This document shows positions 1 to 8,703 of a stretch of 64,000 bases of DNA, in pieces (position 1 is the first letter of the stretch; each line of letters starts with the position of its first letter). Under the pieces are notes generated by a model. That model was not told the origin of the DNA and searched no databases. It was given only the letters and a program-made list of their open reading frames with translations. Origin of the DNA: a bacterium (lineage in GTDB: Bacteria > CAIWAD01). The stretch lies in NCBI GenBank assembly GCA_030685015.1, contig JAUXWS010000087.1:24822-88821 (forward strand). Reading direction: 5' to 3'. The translations under genes were made by a program, and so were the position numbers.

Positions 1-1038
1 GACATTGCGTTCGGTCATGTTCGAGGTGCGCATCTTGCGGCGGTGGCTGGAGGGCAGTTCGTAGACCGTGAATCCCTCCGGGATGTTGGCTTCCAGCCAG
101 TCCGCGAGCTTGGGGGCCGATGGCCGGTAGCGGGCGACCAGGCGGTCCAGTTGCTGCTGGGCGTCCTCCCGGGAGCTGCTGCTCCACACACTGCGCAGGT
201 CCTCGCCCAGGATGGCTTTCTGGCTCCGGCGCGGGCAGTGGTCCTGGGCGTTCCGGGACAGGTGCGCCTGACAGCGCTGCCAGCGGACACTGGGCAGGAC
301 CTTCTGGCGTGCCGCCTTCAGGCCGCTGTGGTCGTCGCTGACGATGTACTCGACGCCGTGCATGCCCCGCGCGCACAGGCTTTCCAGGAAGCCCCGCCAG
401 TGGACCTCGGCTTCGGAAAGGGCCACGCTCAAACCCATGACACGTCGGGTGCCGTCCTCCGTGACGCCGACTGCGGACAGCAGGGCGCAATCCACATAGG
501 CCCCGCCCATGCGGACCTTCTCGTAGCGTGCGTCCAGTTGCAGGTAGCGGACACGCCCCAGCCGGCGCTCACGCCAGGCCGCGAGTTCCTCGTCCAGCAG
601 CTTTGCGGCCCGGCTGACCTGGGTGGAGCTGACGGACATGCCCAGGCACTTCTCGAAGACCGCTGTCACCTTGCGTGTGGAGATGCCTCTGAAGTACATC
701 TCCCCCATGCAGGTCAGCAGGGCGCGCTCGCTGAGCAGCCCCTTCTCCAGGGCGGAAGGGTAGAAGGACTCCCCGCTGCCGTCGGTCATCACCGCCTGAG
801 GCACTGACACGGCCAAGGGGCCAAGCAGGGTGCGGACGGTCTTGGGTTTGTAGCCATTGGCCACGCCGCGGCGCTGGTCGCTGCGCTCATACAACCTGGC
901 CTGCAGATGGTTCTCCCGCTCGAACTGCATCGCAAGGTTCAGCAGCTGGGTCATCGTCTGGGCCATTTCCGCTGTGCCATGGGTCGAAACCAGATCCATT
1001 AGCAGGCCGAGTGTGGTAGTTTCGTCGTTGCGGGTCAT
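1..1038 (-). mobile_element. IS256-family (mutator-type) transposase gene, N-terminal ~346 codons; ORF runs off the left window edge
   Basis: Reverse-strand translation from the ATG at 1036-1038 gives MTRNDETTTLGLLMDLVST...YEKVRMGGAYVDCALL...YIVSDDHSGLKAARQKVLPSVRWQRCQAHLSRNA...RTSNMTERN, which matches conserved IS256 transposase blocks. It is absent from the ORF table because no stop codon lies inside the window. Confidence 0.8.
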
Positions 1039-1103
1039 GCGTCCTCCTGGTGTTTGTTGTGATTCACCAAGAATGGACAATTGGCCCGCGCTTTACTCCC
1101 GGG

Positions 1104-1157
1104 CCGTCTGGCGCGGGAGGGCTTTGTACAAATTTACGCTCCTCCCGCGCCAGACGG
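1104..1157. repeat. 17-bp perfect inverted repeat (stem-loop) just outside the IS256 transposase start
   Basis: ccgtctggcgcgggagg (1104-1120) and cctcccgcgccagacgg (1141-1157) flank an 18-nt loop containing ttgtacaa. No T-run follows on either strand. It may be an IS terminal or subterminal structure. Confidence 0.5.
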
Positions 1158-1210
1158 CGGGGCAGGAAAGTCCAGAAACGAAGTTACACCACCTGCGAAA
1201 GGCCTTGAAC

Positions 1211-1945
1211 ATGCAATACAGTTATGACCATTTGATACACGCCCTGGTCCACCAGGTGCAGTCGGTGAAGCGCTACATCCGTATGGACGATGGGATCGTT
1301 TTGGGCGCCCTCCCCGCGGACCGGGCCATCCTACGCTTCGACGTGGAGCGTGACTTGCCACACCATGTGGCCGTTGCACGGCACCTTGCCAAATTGGGCA
1401 TTCCAGCCAGCATGTACGTCCACACGCGACGGAACTGCTTCATGCCGGACCATTTGCGGGCCATTGCCGACCAAGGCCACGAGATCGGTTACCACCATGA
1501 GTGCTTGGATCGTTGCAGTGGCGACTTCCGCCAGGCCCGCGACCTATTCCTGCGCGAAGTGGAGCTGTTCGCCAAGGCCGGCTTTCCATTGCGCACGGTT
1601 TGCGCGCATGGCGAGGCGGGTCTACCCCGTCGCGGTTACCGCTCCAATGGTGATTTGCTCTTAAAATTTCCAGGGTTGCTGAAGGAAGCGGGCGTCGTAG
1701 CTGAGGTTTACGAATGGCGCGACCACCAACAGCTGTTGTATGCATCAGACACCTTTCGCAGTTATAATCACTTCTTCCCCACACTGGAAATGGTTGGGAC
1801 TCAGTCGCTCCCCATCATGATCCTAGTACATGTCCATCGATGGCGCAGCAACCCGTTCCGCATCGGTCTGGAGGCTGCGAGGGATGTGTACCAGAATGCG
1901 GCCAACCGCTTACTCAAGCGTCGCAGGTATCAGCTGGCCTACTGA
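1211..1945 (+). CDS. polysaccharide deacetylase (NodB/CE4-like) family protein
   Basis: ATG at 1211 (MQYSYDHLIHALV...). Motifs HTRRNCFMPDHLRAIADQGHEIGYHHE and TVCAHGE resemble carbohydrate esterase family 4. The upstream extension in the ORF table (857..) is high-GC read-through. Confidence 0.55.
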   Translation: MQYSYDHLIHALVHQVQSVKRYIRMDDGIVLGALPADRAILRFDVERDLPHHVAVARHLAKLGIPASMYVHTRRNCFMPDHLRAIADQGHEIGYHHECLDRCSGDFRQARDLFLREVELFAKAGFPLRTVCAHGEAGLPRRGYRSNGDLLLKFPGLLKEAGVVAEVYEWRDHQQLLYASDTFRSYNHFFPTLEMVGTQSLPIMILVHVHRWRSNPFRIGLEAARDVYQNAANRLLKRRRYQLAY

Positions 1946-3254
1946 TTAGATTTCGTGCGTCCGATGGTGGGGGCGTCTCTGCGCCTTTGTCGTCCTGGTC
2001 ATCCCGCTGCCGGCCGTGATAGATCATGGCGAACACCACTAACCGCAGCACGGCTTCCGCCACATTGCCGATGCAGATGGAATAAGCGGCACCGATCAAA
2101 CCCCATTTGGGGACCAGGCTGAACATCAGGACGATAATTAACAGCAGAACGCTGAAGTTGATTGTTGGAATCCAGGCCACTTTGGCGAATTTAGTGATCA
2201 GCGGCCGGACGAATGCGATCACGAAGTTCGCGGGTATCATCCAGATCAAAATGGGAAACAGGCCCACCGCACGATTGCCAAAGCCGGGGAACAGCAGACG
2301 CAACATCAACGGCGAGAGGAAATAGAAAAACAGCATGCCTCCCGCCCCAAGCGCAACCATCATACCAAGGATTAGTCGATAAGTGTTTCGTGAGATCTCC
2401 TTGACCGAGTTGTACTTTGAGATCATGCTTAAAAGAAGAGCGCCACTGTTGGATACCGGCGTGACAAACAGGTAGACGATTCCGGTGGCGGCGAACAAGT
2501 CGGCCACCGCTTCATTATCCCAAAAGATTCGCAAAACTATTCTGTTCAAATGTGGTCCGGCCTGCACTAACATGCCAGCCAAGGTCATGTGGAACCAAAC
2601 GCCCTTCAGCACGGTTGCCAGCTCCGCCTGCGGGGTGACGTGTGGTTCCCTGAATCGGCGTTGGGCGAGGAAGTACAAGAGATAGTTGCTCAGCATCATT
2701 CCCGCAGCCAAACCAACCACACCGCCAATGGCACAACCCACGACTCCCATAAACGCCGTCGCCAGCGAAGCGGCAAGATACCATAAGGATCGCGACTTGA
2801 ATTGACGTCTGAACCTAAGTGGGGTCATAACCAGCATTATTTGATTTTCCGCATATAACGACATTCCGAGAAAAATAACACATAAGTATGTTTTAACATC
2901 AAAAAATCGCTCGTAGTACATTATGGAAGAAATAAACAATAATGCAACGACAACCGCTATAATTAACTTACAGCTCAATCCCAGGGCCGTTCTCACCAAT
3001 TTACGCTGTTGATCCTCGCCATAACGTGACATATTCCTCAACAGCCCCACCGCAAGTCCATTAGCAGGATTGACACCTATGATCAGCACGGCACTTAGCG
3101 CGGTTGCAAAGAGACCGAACTCCCCTTTGCCGACTAGGTGTGCGGCGATGGGAAACAAGAGCAGCCGAGAGACACCTGTCACCGCTCCTTGTTCGACGAA
3201 ATTCCAAAAAAGGTTTGGAACCTGCCGTGTAAGTTGTTCGATATAGTGGCGCAT
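1914..3254 (-). CDS. Wzx-like oligosaccharide flippase (MOP/polysaccharide biosynthesis protein family)
   Basis: 446 aa, about 12 predicted TM helices, typical Wzx/RfbX architecture. AT-rich relative to the window. Confidence 0.7.
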   Translation of the reverse strand: MRHYIEQLTRQVPNLFWNFVEQGAVTGVSRLLLFPIAAHLVGKGEFGLFATALSAVLIIGVNPANGLAVGLLRNMSRYGEDQQRKLVRTALGLSCKLIIAVVVALLFISSIMYYERFFDVKTYLCVIFLGMSLYAENQIMLVMTPLRFRRQFKSRSLWYLAASLATAFMGVVGCAIGGVVGLAAGMMLSNYLLYFLAQRRFREPHVTPQAELATVLKGVWFHMTLAGMLVQAGPHLNRIVLRIFWDNEAVADLFAATGIVYLFVTPVSNSGALLLSMISKYNSVKEISRNTYRLILGMMVALGAGGMLFFYFLSPLMLRLLFPGFGNRAVGLFPILIWMIPANFVIAFVRPLITKFAKVAWIPTINFSVLLLIIVLMFSLVPKWGLIGAAYSICIGNVAEAVLRLVVFAMIYHGRQRDDQDDKGAETPPPSDARNLISRPADTCDA

Positions 3255-3301
3255 GCTTCAATCAGTCCAAATAAAGCTGATTGTTCGAGTCCTGCTTACT
3301 C

Positions 3302-4456
3302 TTACCCTGCCAATGATTGTTGGAGGAACGCCGTGGACGCGGCACGTTCCCGCGACAAGACCATATCGGTTTGAGCGAAATCAACATGCGGCACGATTTG
3401 CCTCAATTCATCCTGTTCATATAGAATGCGATGGGATAAGCCAATATTGCACAGAAAACTTGTCATGCGGCTATTGACTGCACCTCCCTTCCTGAGTATG
3501 GTATAGAATGGCTTGCGGAAATTGACAGCAAAGGCCGTGCCGTGGAATGAGGAGCTGATAATGAAGGCAGCACCCTGAAACAGGCCCAGGAACTCAGCCG
3601 GCCCGTTGCCGAAAGCGTAACTCACGCCGAATTCGAGACCCTCGCGGATGTGGCCGCGCGGAATGCGGATGATCCGCGCACCAAGGCTCTTGGCCACCCG
3701 CACGGCGACATCGTAGATGTACTTGGAGTAAACCCGGCTATAAATCACGACATATCGTCCTTCTGCGTACGGGCGAGCCACCTCCCGCCAACCATCAGGC
3801 GTGATGAGCAAGGTGGGGTCCAACACCACCTGGGCTTGGCGTCCGGTCAAGTCCCGGACGATTGCGACGCCCTCATTCTCACGCACGGAAATGTTCTGGA
3901 TGTTGGCCAGCCACCGTCGGTAATCCTCCCTCATGTCCTCGGGAAGCATGGTGATACCGAAGCTGGCCGCGTATGAAAACCGCTTCGATGCAGGCGGGGC
4001 GAAAGTGAGAAAGTATGGCTCTGGCGAAGTGATCCGAGTTTGCGGATTCCAGACTTGATCACTGCCGGTGACAAAGGTATCGTAATCAAGATCGATAGAA
4101 TAAAGATCGTCAACACAAGCGAACTTCTGCTGTGAGACAACTAAATGTTGTTCTTTAAATTTTTGAAAACCACGACGCGTCAGTCGCTCATTTTTGTACC
4201 CAAATAAGCGTTCCATTTTTTTATAGAGATAATTGTTGAGCTTTGTTTGGCTGCTGTGCATCCGGTGCGCGGCCTTTCGTGCGCTATATCTGACCGGTTG
4301 TCGCGCTTGGGGATCGTCCGGCGACAGCACATCTAGGATTTCGCAGGTATAACCCAGTGAAGAGATTTTTCGCTGCAACGCATATGCTTGCAATTCCGCA
4401 CCGAAATTCAATCGGTTAAAGAAGGTCAAGGTCGCGACTTTTCCTTTCGGCATCAT
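3302..4456 (-). CDS. polysaccharide pyruvyl transferase family protein
   Basis: N-terminus KVATLTFFNRLNFGAELQAYALQ is typical of the CsaB/WcaK-type pyruvyl transferase fold. 384 aa. Confidence 0.65.
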   Translation of the reverse strand: MMPKGKVATLTFFNRLNFGAELQAYALQRKISSLGYTCEILDVLSPDDPQARQPVRYSARKAAHRMHSSQTKLNNYLYKKMERLFGYKNERLTRRGFQKFKEQHLVVSQQKFACVDDLYSIDLDYDTFVTGSDQVWNPQTRITSPEPYFLTFAPPASKRFSYAASFGITMLPEDMREDYRRWLANIQNISVRENEGVAIVRDLTGRQAQVVLDPTLLITPDGWREVARPYAEGRYVVIYSRVYSKYIYDVAVRVAKSLGARIIRIPRGHIREGLEFGVSYAFGNGPAEFLGLFQGAAFIISSSFHGTAFAVNFRKPFYTILRKGGAVNSRMTSFLCNIGLSHRILYEQDELRQIVPHVDFAQTDMVLSRERAASTAFLQQSLAG

Positions 4457-4479
4457 TGTTTCCCCTGTTTGATCGTGAA

Positions 4480-5514
4480 CTAATCTGCCCTTCCTGCATT
4501 GGCGACTGGCATGATTAAAAAAGGAAGATAGTTTATTGTGCCCAACTGAGTTTCAACACGATGATCTATCATCCTTCCGGCAATCACGTCATCTTGTGTT
4601 GTTCCCCAGTAGTTCTCAGTGACATCAACAGTACCTGACACAACCTTTACAAAGTTCGCCTCGTTACTAATGTTGTTTTGCCTGATATTATTTCTACCAT
4701 ATAGCGCGCTATGAAAGTAAATAACATACCGTTCTTGTCCTGCGAAGTCGCAATATGTGATGTTTAGATCATTTCTTTGACGCTCATAGATATGGTAAAA
4801 ATTGGCGTAAAAATCTATATAAGTGGCATGCAAAAAATCCTCGCCATGACAATATAGGCCAACATTTGAGCAATGCGATATTTCTCCATTATCAATGATC
4901 ATTCCTGATCGAATATTATAAATTCCTATCTCACAGTTACTAATTGTGAATCTTGTCATAATCAATGAATCAACATTATTAGAGCAATACAGTCCATATT
5001 GGCTATTCATGATGGTCAAATCTTCAATTTCCGCCCTCGCCACGTTGTCGCAATAGATACTATAAATTTCGTTTTCATCCATGGTTAACCTGCTTAACAT
5101 CACCCGTTGAGCCGCACGGATCTCTAGGCCTATTTGTCCACCCTCGATGTCCACATTATCCAGCGCCAGCGTCCCTTCAGCATGCTCGTACTTTAAACTA
5201 TACCATGGCCCTGCACCCAAGCGCTTCACAACCAAGTGGGCATCGTCCTCCAAGAGTATCATAGGAGGCAACTTGCAAGTAGCCCCCTCAGCCAAGCGGA
5301 ATTCCACCTCGCCGCGGATCACCAATCCAGCGTCGTTCCCTTCATACAAAAACGCCAAATCACCTTCGATGGTTACGCGCTCGTTGGGGCCAAAGCTCGC
5401 CGCTGTGGTCTGATCGCCCAAGACGGTCACATTCCTCCACGTGGTTCCCTCATCCTTGTGACAGGCCATCGCAAGAAGCAGCAATGACAAGGGCATGATA
5501 TGACTGGCTCTCAT
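4480..5514 (-). CDS. right-handed parallel beta-helix repeat lipoprotein (pectate-lyase-like fold)
   Basis: Lipoprotein-type signal (LLLLAMAC) is followed by repeated N/D/G/I/Y-rich beta-helix turns (NVDIEGG, CDNVARAEIEDLTIMNSQYGLYCSNN...). AT-rich gene. Confidence 0.55.
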   Translation of the reverse strand: MRASHIMPLSLLLLAMACHKDEGTTWRNVTVLGDQTTAASFGPNERVTIEGDLAFLYEGNDAGLVIRGEVEFRLAEGATCKLPPMILLEDDAHLVVKRLGAGPWYSLKYEHAEGTLALDNVDIEGGQIGLEIRAAQRVMLSRLTMDENEIYSIYCDNVARAEIEDLTIMNSQYGLYCSNNVDSLIMTRFTISNCEIGIYNIRSGMIIDNGEISHCSNVGLYCHGEDFLHATYIDFYANFYHIYERQRNDLNITYCDFAGQERYVIYFHSALYGRNNIRQNNISNEANFVKVVSGTVDVTENYWGTTQDDVIAGRMIDHRVETQLGTINYLPFLIMPVANAGRAD

Positions 5515-6719
5515 AATCGGCTCCCGTGATTCATCTCGTCGCGCATTGTATTCTGCATTTGCGAGGCGCGCAAGACTCGGTTATAAAGCTGAAGTAGATT
5601 GAGCACCTGTCGATTCAGGTTGTAGGTCTCCAGCACTGTTTGGCGCCCCCGAGTGCCCATCGCCTGTCGACGTGATGGGTCGTCCAGCAATGTGATGATA
5701 GCCTGGGCGATGTCCCCTGGGCGGGAAGTGTCCACTACAAGGCCAGCTTGCGTATCGTTCAGGATCTTCACCAGCTCCGGAAAGTCCTGCGCTAGTACCG
5801 CCACCCCACAGAACATGTACTCGAAGATGCGGTTAGGGATGGTCACACGGTTGTTCACATTGTCTTCGTAAAAGACACAGCCAATGTGGGCGTTCATGAG
5901 GCGCATGAAATTATCCTTCCAGGGCAGCATGCCCTCCAAACATAGGTTCTGCTCCACACTAAGGTGGCGGGCCAGCTCCCGCAGCACCTGGTCGTATCCG
6001 GCTGGTTCATAACGGCCCACGAACGCGAACACCGTGTCCGGGTGTTTGGCCAATACCTCCGGCATAGCCTGGATGGTCTGGCGGCAGTGCCGATCATCCG
6101 AATGCGTGCCCGAAGTGTAGACAGTGGGCGGCAAGGGCTTGACCTCTGGAACCTCTACATCCACCAACCGCTTGATGTCCGGCACGTTCTGGACCAGAAC
6201 GCCATCTCGCCGCACGCCATCGGACATGGCCAGGATGCTGTCCGAAACGGCCACCACCCCCGCGAACTGGGCTATACACCAGCACTCTATGGCCGTGTAC
6301 ATGCCTCCGGCCAAGCGTGCCATCCATCCCGGCAAGCCCCACATGTGGAAGCGGACCACATGGTTTTCATGTTTGTCATAGATCACGGGTCGTCCCTGCC
6401 ACGCCAGAAGCACCATCCACGGTAACAAATCGGGGTCGTGGAAATGGTACACGTCAGCCTTCACGCGGCGGGCCAGACGCAGTGCATCCCAGCAACTGAG
6501 GATTCGGCGACGCAGGCCCCGCCGCTCGGGAATCGGCAGGATCTCCACGCCATTCAAGGTCTCGGCCTTGTCATGGGTAATGATAAGGGTTACGCGGTGG
6601 CCTATGCGCACCAAGGCCCGGCAGGTGCGCTCGTAGATCCGCGCATCGTACATGGGGTGCATGCTTGTGATCTGACAGATATGCAGGAGCGGGGTCACAG
6701 GGGAACGTTGTCCATTCAT
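5511..6719 (-). CDS. glycosyltransferase family 4 (GT1 superfamily)
   Basis: 402 aa. N-terminus ICQITSMHPMYDARIYERTCRAL...GHRVTLI. The C-terminal retaining-GT motif lies in the EX7E region. Confidence 0.75.
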   Translation of the reverse strand: MNGQRSPVTPLLHICQITSMHPMYDARIYERTCRALVRIGHRVTLIITHDKAETLNGVEILPIPERRGLRRRILSCWDALRLARRVKADVYHFHDPDLLPWMVLLAWQGRPVIYDKHENHVVRFHMWGLPGWMARLAGGMYTAIECWCIAQFAGVVAVSDSILAMSDGVRRDGVLVQNVPDIKRLVDVEVPEVKPLPPTVYTSGTHSDDRHCRQTIQAMPEVLAKHPDTVFAFVGRYEPAGYDQVLRELARHLSVEQNLCLEGMLPWKDNFMRLMNAHIGCVFYEDNVNNRVTIPNRIFEYMFCGVAVLAQDFPELVKILNDTQAGLVVDTSRPGDIAQAIITLLDDPSRRQAMGTRGRQTVLETYNLNRQVLNLLQLYNRVLRASQMQNTMRDEMNHGSRL

Positions 6720-7585
6720 GGCAGCATGGGTCCAAACACTTGGTGTATAGTCGAGCAGCGCGCCTCCGCGAGCAGCTTCCCCAGTTTACCTTCCGTCTGT
6801 TCCCGGTTGCGAAGCTGAGATCTGAAGACCCTCCGGATGGCGTGCTCCTCTGCACGGGATAGGTCGATGGGCATGCACCAAAAGGAGAACTGGCTGTCAA
6901 GTTCGTAAGGATGCAGGTAGATCACCGCCGGCCGCTGTTCGCGTTCCAAGCGGGCCAAGGCCCAGCGGCTGTATGCATAGGGAAGATGGCGGAAGTACCC
7001 GCCCCCCAAGGCCGGCAGGCGCAAGGGCCCCAACTGCACGACCGACAAGGGAATCTCTAACAGCTCCCCGCCGGACCCGACGGTCACTCGGTGGGCGCCC
7101 GGGGAAGCCTCTGGCACGCCATAGCGCGTTCCCCTGAAGGGGTATATAGAGCTGGAATAGCGAAACCCCGCCTGTGAGATCGCATCATAGGCCCACCACG
7201 TGGCCTTAGTAATGCTCATGGCCACGGCCCGGTAGCCCAGGACCTCCTGTCCGCTCAGATCCTGCAACAAGGCGCGTGCCCGGCGCAGGCTCTCGCCATA
7301 GACCGTGCGCTCCTGTTCAAAGACGCGGTGGTGGTGCCAGCCGTGGACGCCCAACTCGTGACCCTGCTCATGAATGCGCTTGACGAGGTTGGGAAAGGCC
7401 TCCGCCACTTCGCCAAGGACGAAGCACGTGCAGTGCACGCCCCTTTCCTCGAGTAGGCCCAGCATACGCTCCGTCAGGCGAACCACATCTTGGTGCGGGG
7501 GTACAATACGTCCACAAACGTGCAGCAGGCAACCAGACGAAAAGTCCTCCACATCCACCGACACAGCATGCAGCATTTGCGTCAT
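6716..7585 (-). CDS. polysaccharide deacetylase family protein (resembles the PEP-CTERM/EPS-locus subfamily)
   Basis: Start MTQMLHAVSVDVEDF (ATG 7585) overlaps the upstream stop by 4 nt. HELGVHGWHHHRVFE and ELLEIPLSV motifs. Confidence 0.7.
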   Translation of the reverse strand: MTQMLHAVSVDVEDFSSGCLLHVCGRIVPPHQDVVRLTERMLGLLEERGVHCTCFVLGEVAEAFPNLVKRIHEQGHELGVHGWHHHRVFEQERTVYGESLRRARALLQDLSGQEVLGYRAVAMSITKATWWAYDAISQAGFRYSSSIYPFRGTRYGVPEASPGAHRVTVGSGGELLEIPLSVVQLGPLRLPALGGGYFRHLPYAYSRWALARLEREQRPAVIYLHPYELDSQFSFWCMPIDLSRAEEHAIRRVFRSQLRNREQTEGKLGKLLAEARCSTIHQVFGPMLP

Positions 7586-8640
7586 AGAGTGTCCCAATCT
7601 GCAATGCTCTGGAACCAATGCTTCCGCTCCCTCAACTGCGCGAGGTCCTCTTCGCCCAGGCCTGGAGCCGGTCGATAAACGGTGTAGAAACGTTTAGGTG
7701 CGAGGCCTGGCGCTAGGACCCGCATGCCCAGGCGGCGCAACTGGGCCTGCTGGCTCTGGCTGGCTACCACCGCCATCACAAGGTCTGCGCCCAGGTCATG
7801 CAGCGCTGTCAGGAGATCTACACCGCAGGCGATGAGGGCGTCGTCATCCATGCCGAGCCAGTCGACCAAGTACCCCACCTGCAAGCCCTCGCGCATCTCC
7901 AAGGCGCCCACCGCCCAGGCGAGCCCCCTGCCCTGCAGATCGGTGGCCAAACGCACCAAATATGGCGGACGTCCCGGCGTGGCGTAGCGCCAGTGGAGCC
8001 ATACCTCATCTCGCTGCTGTACCAAGCCGGGCCAATGGGCTTGGTGGGCTATCGCCACTTCCGCCAAGCGGGGATCATCCGGCTCGGCCTGTTCAACTCT
8101 TGTCCCTTGCACTGACGGCAAGCGTCCAATCACGAAACGCAGTGACCATGCACATGTGGAAGCTAACCAACGGGGCGCACGCCGTCGCAGCATCGACTCC
8201 GGCCGCCGGCTCCATACATGCAGGCGGCGTTCCCCAGGCTCTAAATAGCCAGCTTTGATAAAGCCGCGGCGACTGCGATCATTGGGCATGGTCCACACCA
8301 AAGCCGCCCCCCGCCGCCACGCCTCCTCCTCGCAAGCCTGCACCAAGGCCGAGAAGATGCCCCGACGACGGTAGTCGGGGTGTACCATCACACCCGTCAG
8401 GACGCCTGCAGTGACGGCCCGTCCCCCCAGTAGATGGGTCGTCAGCTCCATTGGCTGCATGCCTACGAGGTGGTCACCATCCACGGCCACTGACATTCCC
8501 TGCGCTCCGTCGCCCAAACCGAAGTGCCAATGGTCGAAGGCCGCCTGGGTCACCCCCGCCGTGCCATAGCAGGCAACGACCAGGGCGGCGACACCTGCCC
8601 GGTCGGCATGGGGGTCGACGGCACGAATCCGCCATGTCAT
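7582..8640 (-). CDS. GNAT-family N-acetyltransferase (two-domain, 352 aa)
   Basis: VMVHPDYRRRGIFSALVQACEEEAWRRGAALVWTMPND is a canonical GNAT acetyl-CoA-binding motif. Confidence 0.6.
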   Translation of the reverse strand: MTWRIRAVDPHADRAGVAALVVACYGTAGVTQAAFDHWHFGLGDGAQGMSVAVDGDHLVGMQPMELTTHLLGGRAVTAGVLTGVMVHPDYRRRGIFSALVQACEEEAWRRGAALVWTMPNDRSRRGFIKAGYLEPGERRLHVWSRRPESMLRRRAPRWLASTCAWSLRFVIGRLPSVQGTRVEQAEPDDPRLAEVAIAHQAHWPGLVQQRDEVWLHWRYATPGRPPYLVRLATDLQGRGLAWAVGALEMREGLQVGYLVDWLGMDDDALIACGVDLLTALHDLGADLVMAVVASQSQQAQLRRLGMRVLAPGLAPKRFYTVYRPAPGLGEEDLAQLRERKHWFQSIADWDTL

Positions 8641-8703
8641 GGGGTCCCTCCGCGGCCGGCCAACACATGGCCCTCTATTGTGCGCCGGCCGGTAGCGTGG
8701 ATC

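Noticed and set aside
43-807. 254-aa plus-strand ORF (with 120-341)
   Set aside because: It is the antisense frame of the IS256 transposase gene. High GC suppresses stops in non-coding frames, and the sense-strand product has clear transposase motifs.
857-1210. N-terminal extension of the deacetylase ORF (857-1945)
   Set aside because: The extension runs through the IS boundary hairpin and intergenic DNA with no coding character. The ATG at 1211 precedes the conserved deacetylase domain.
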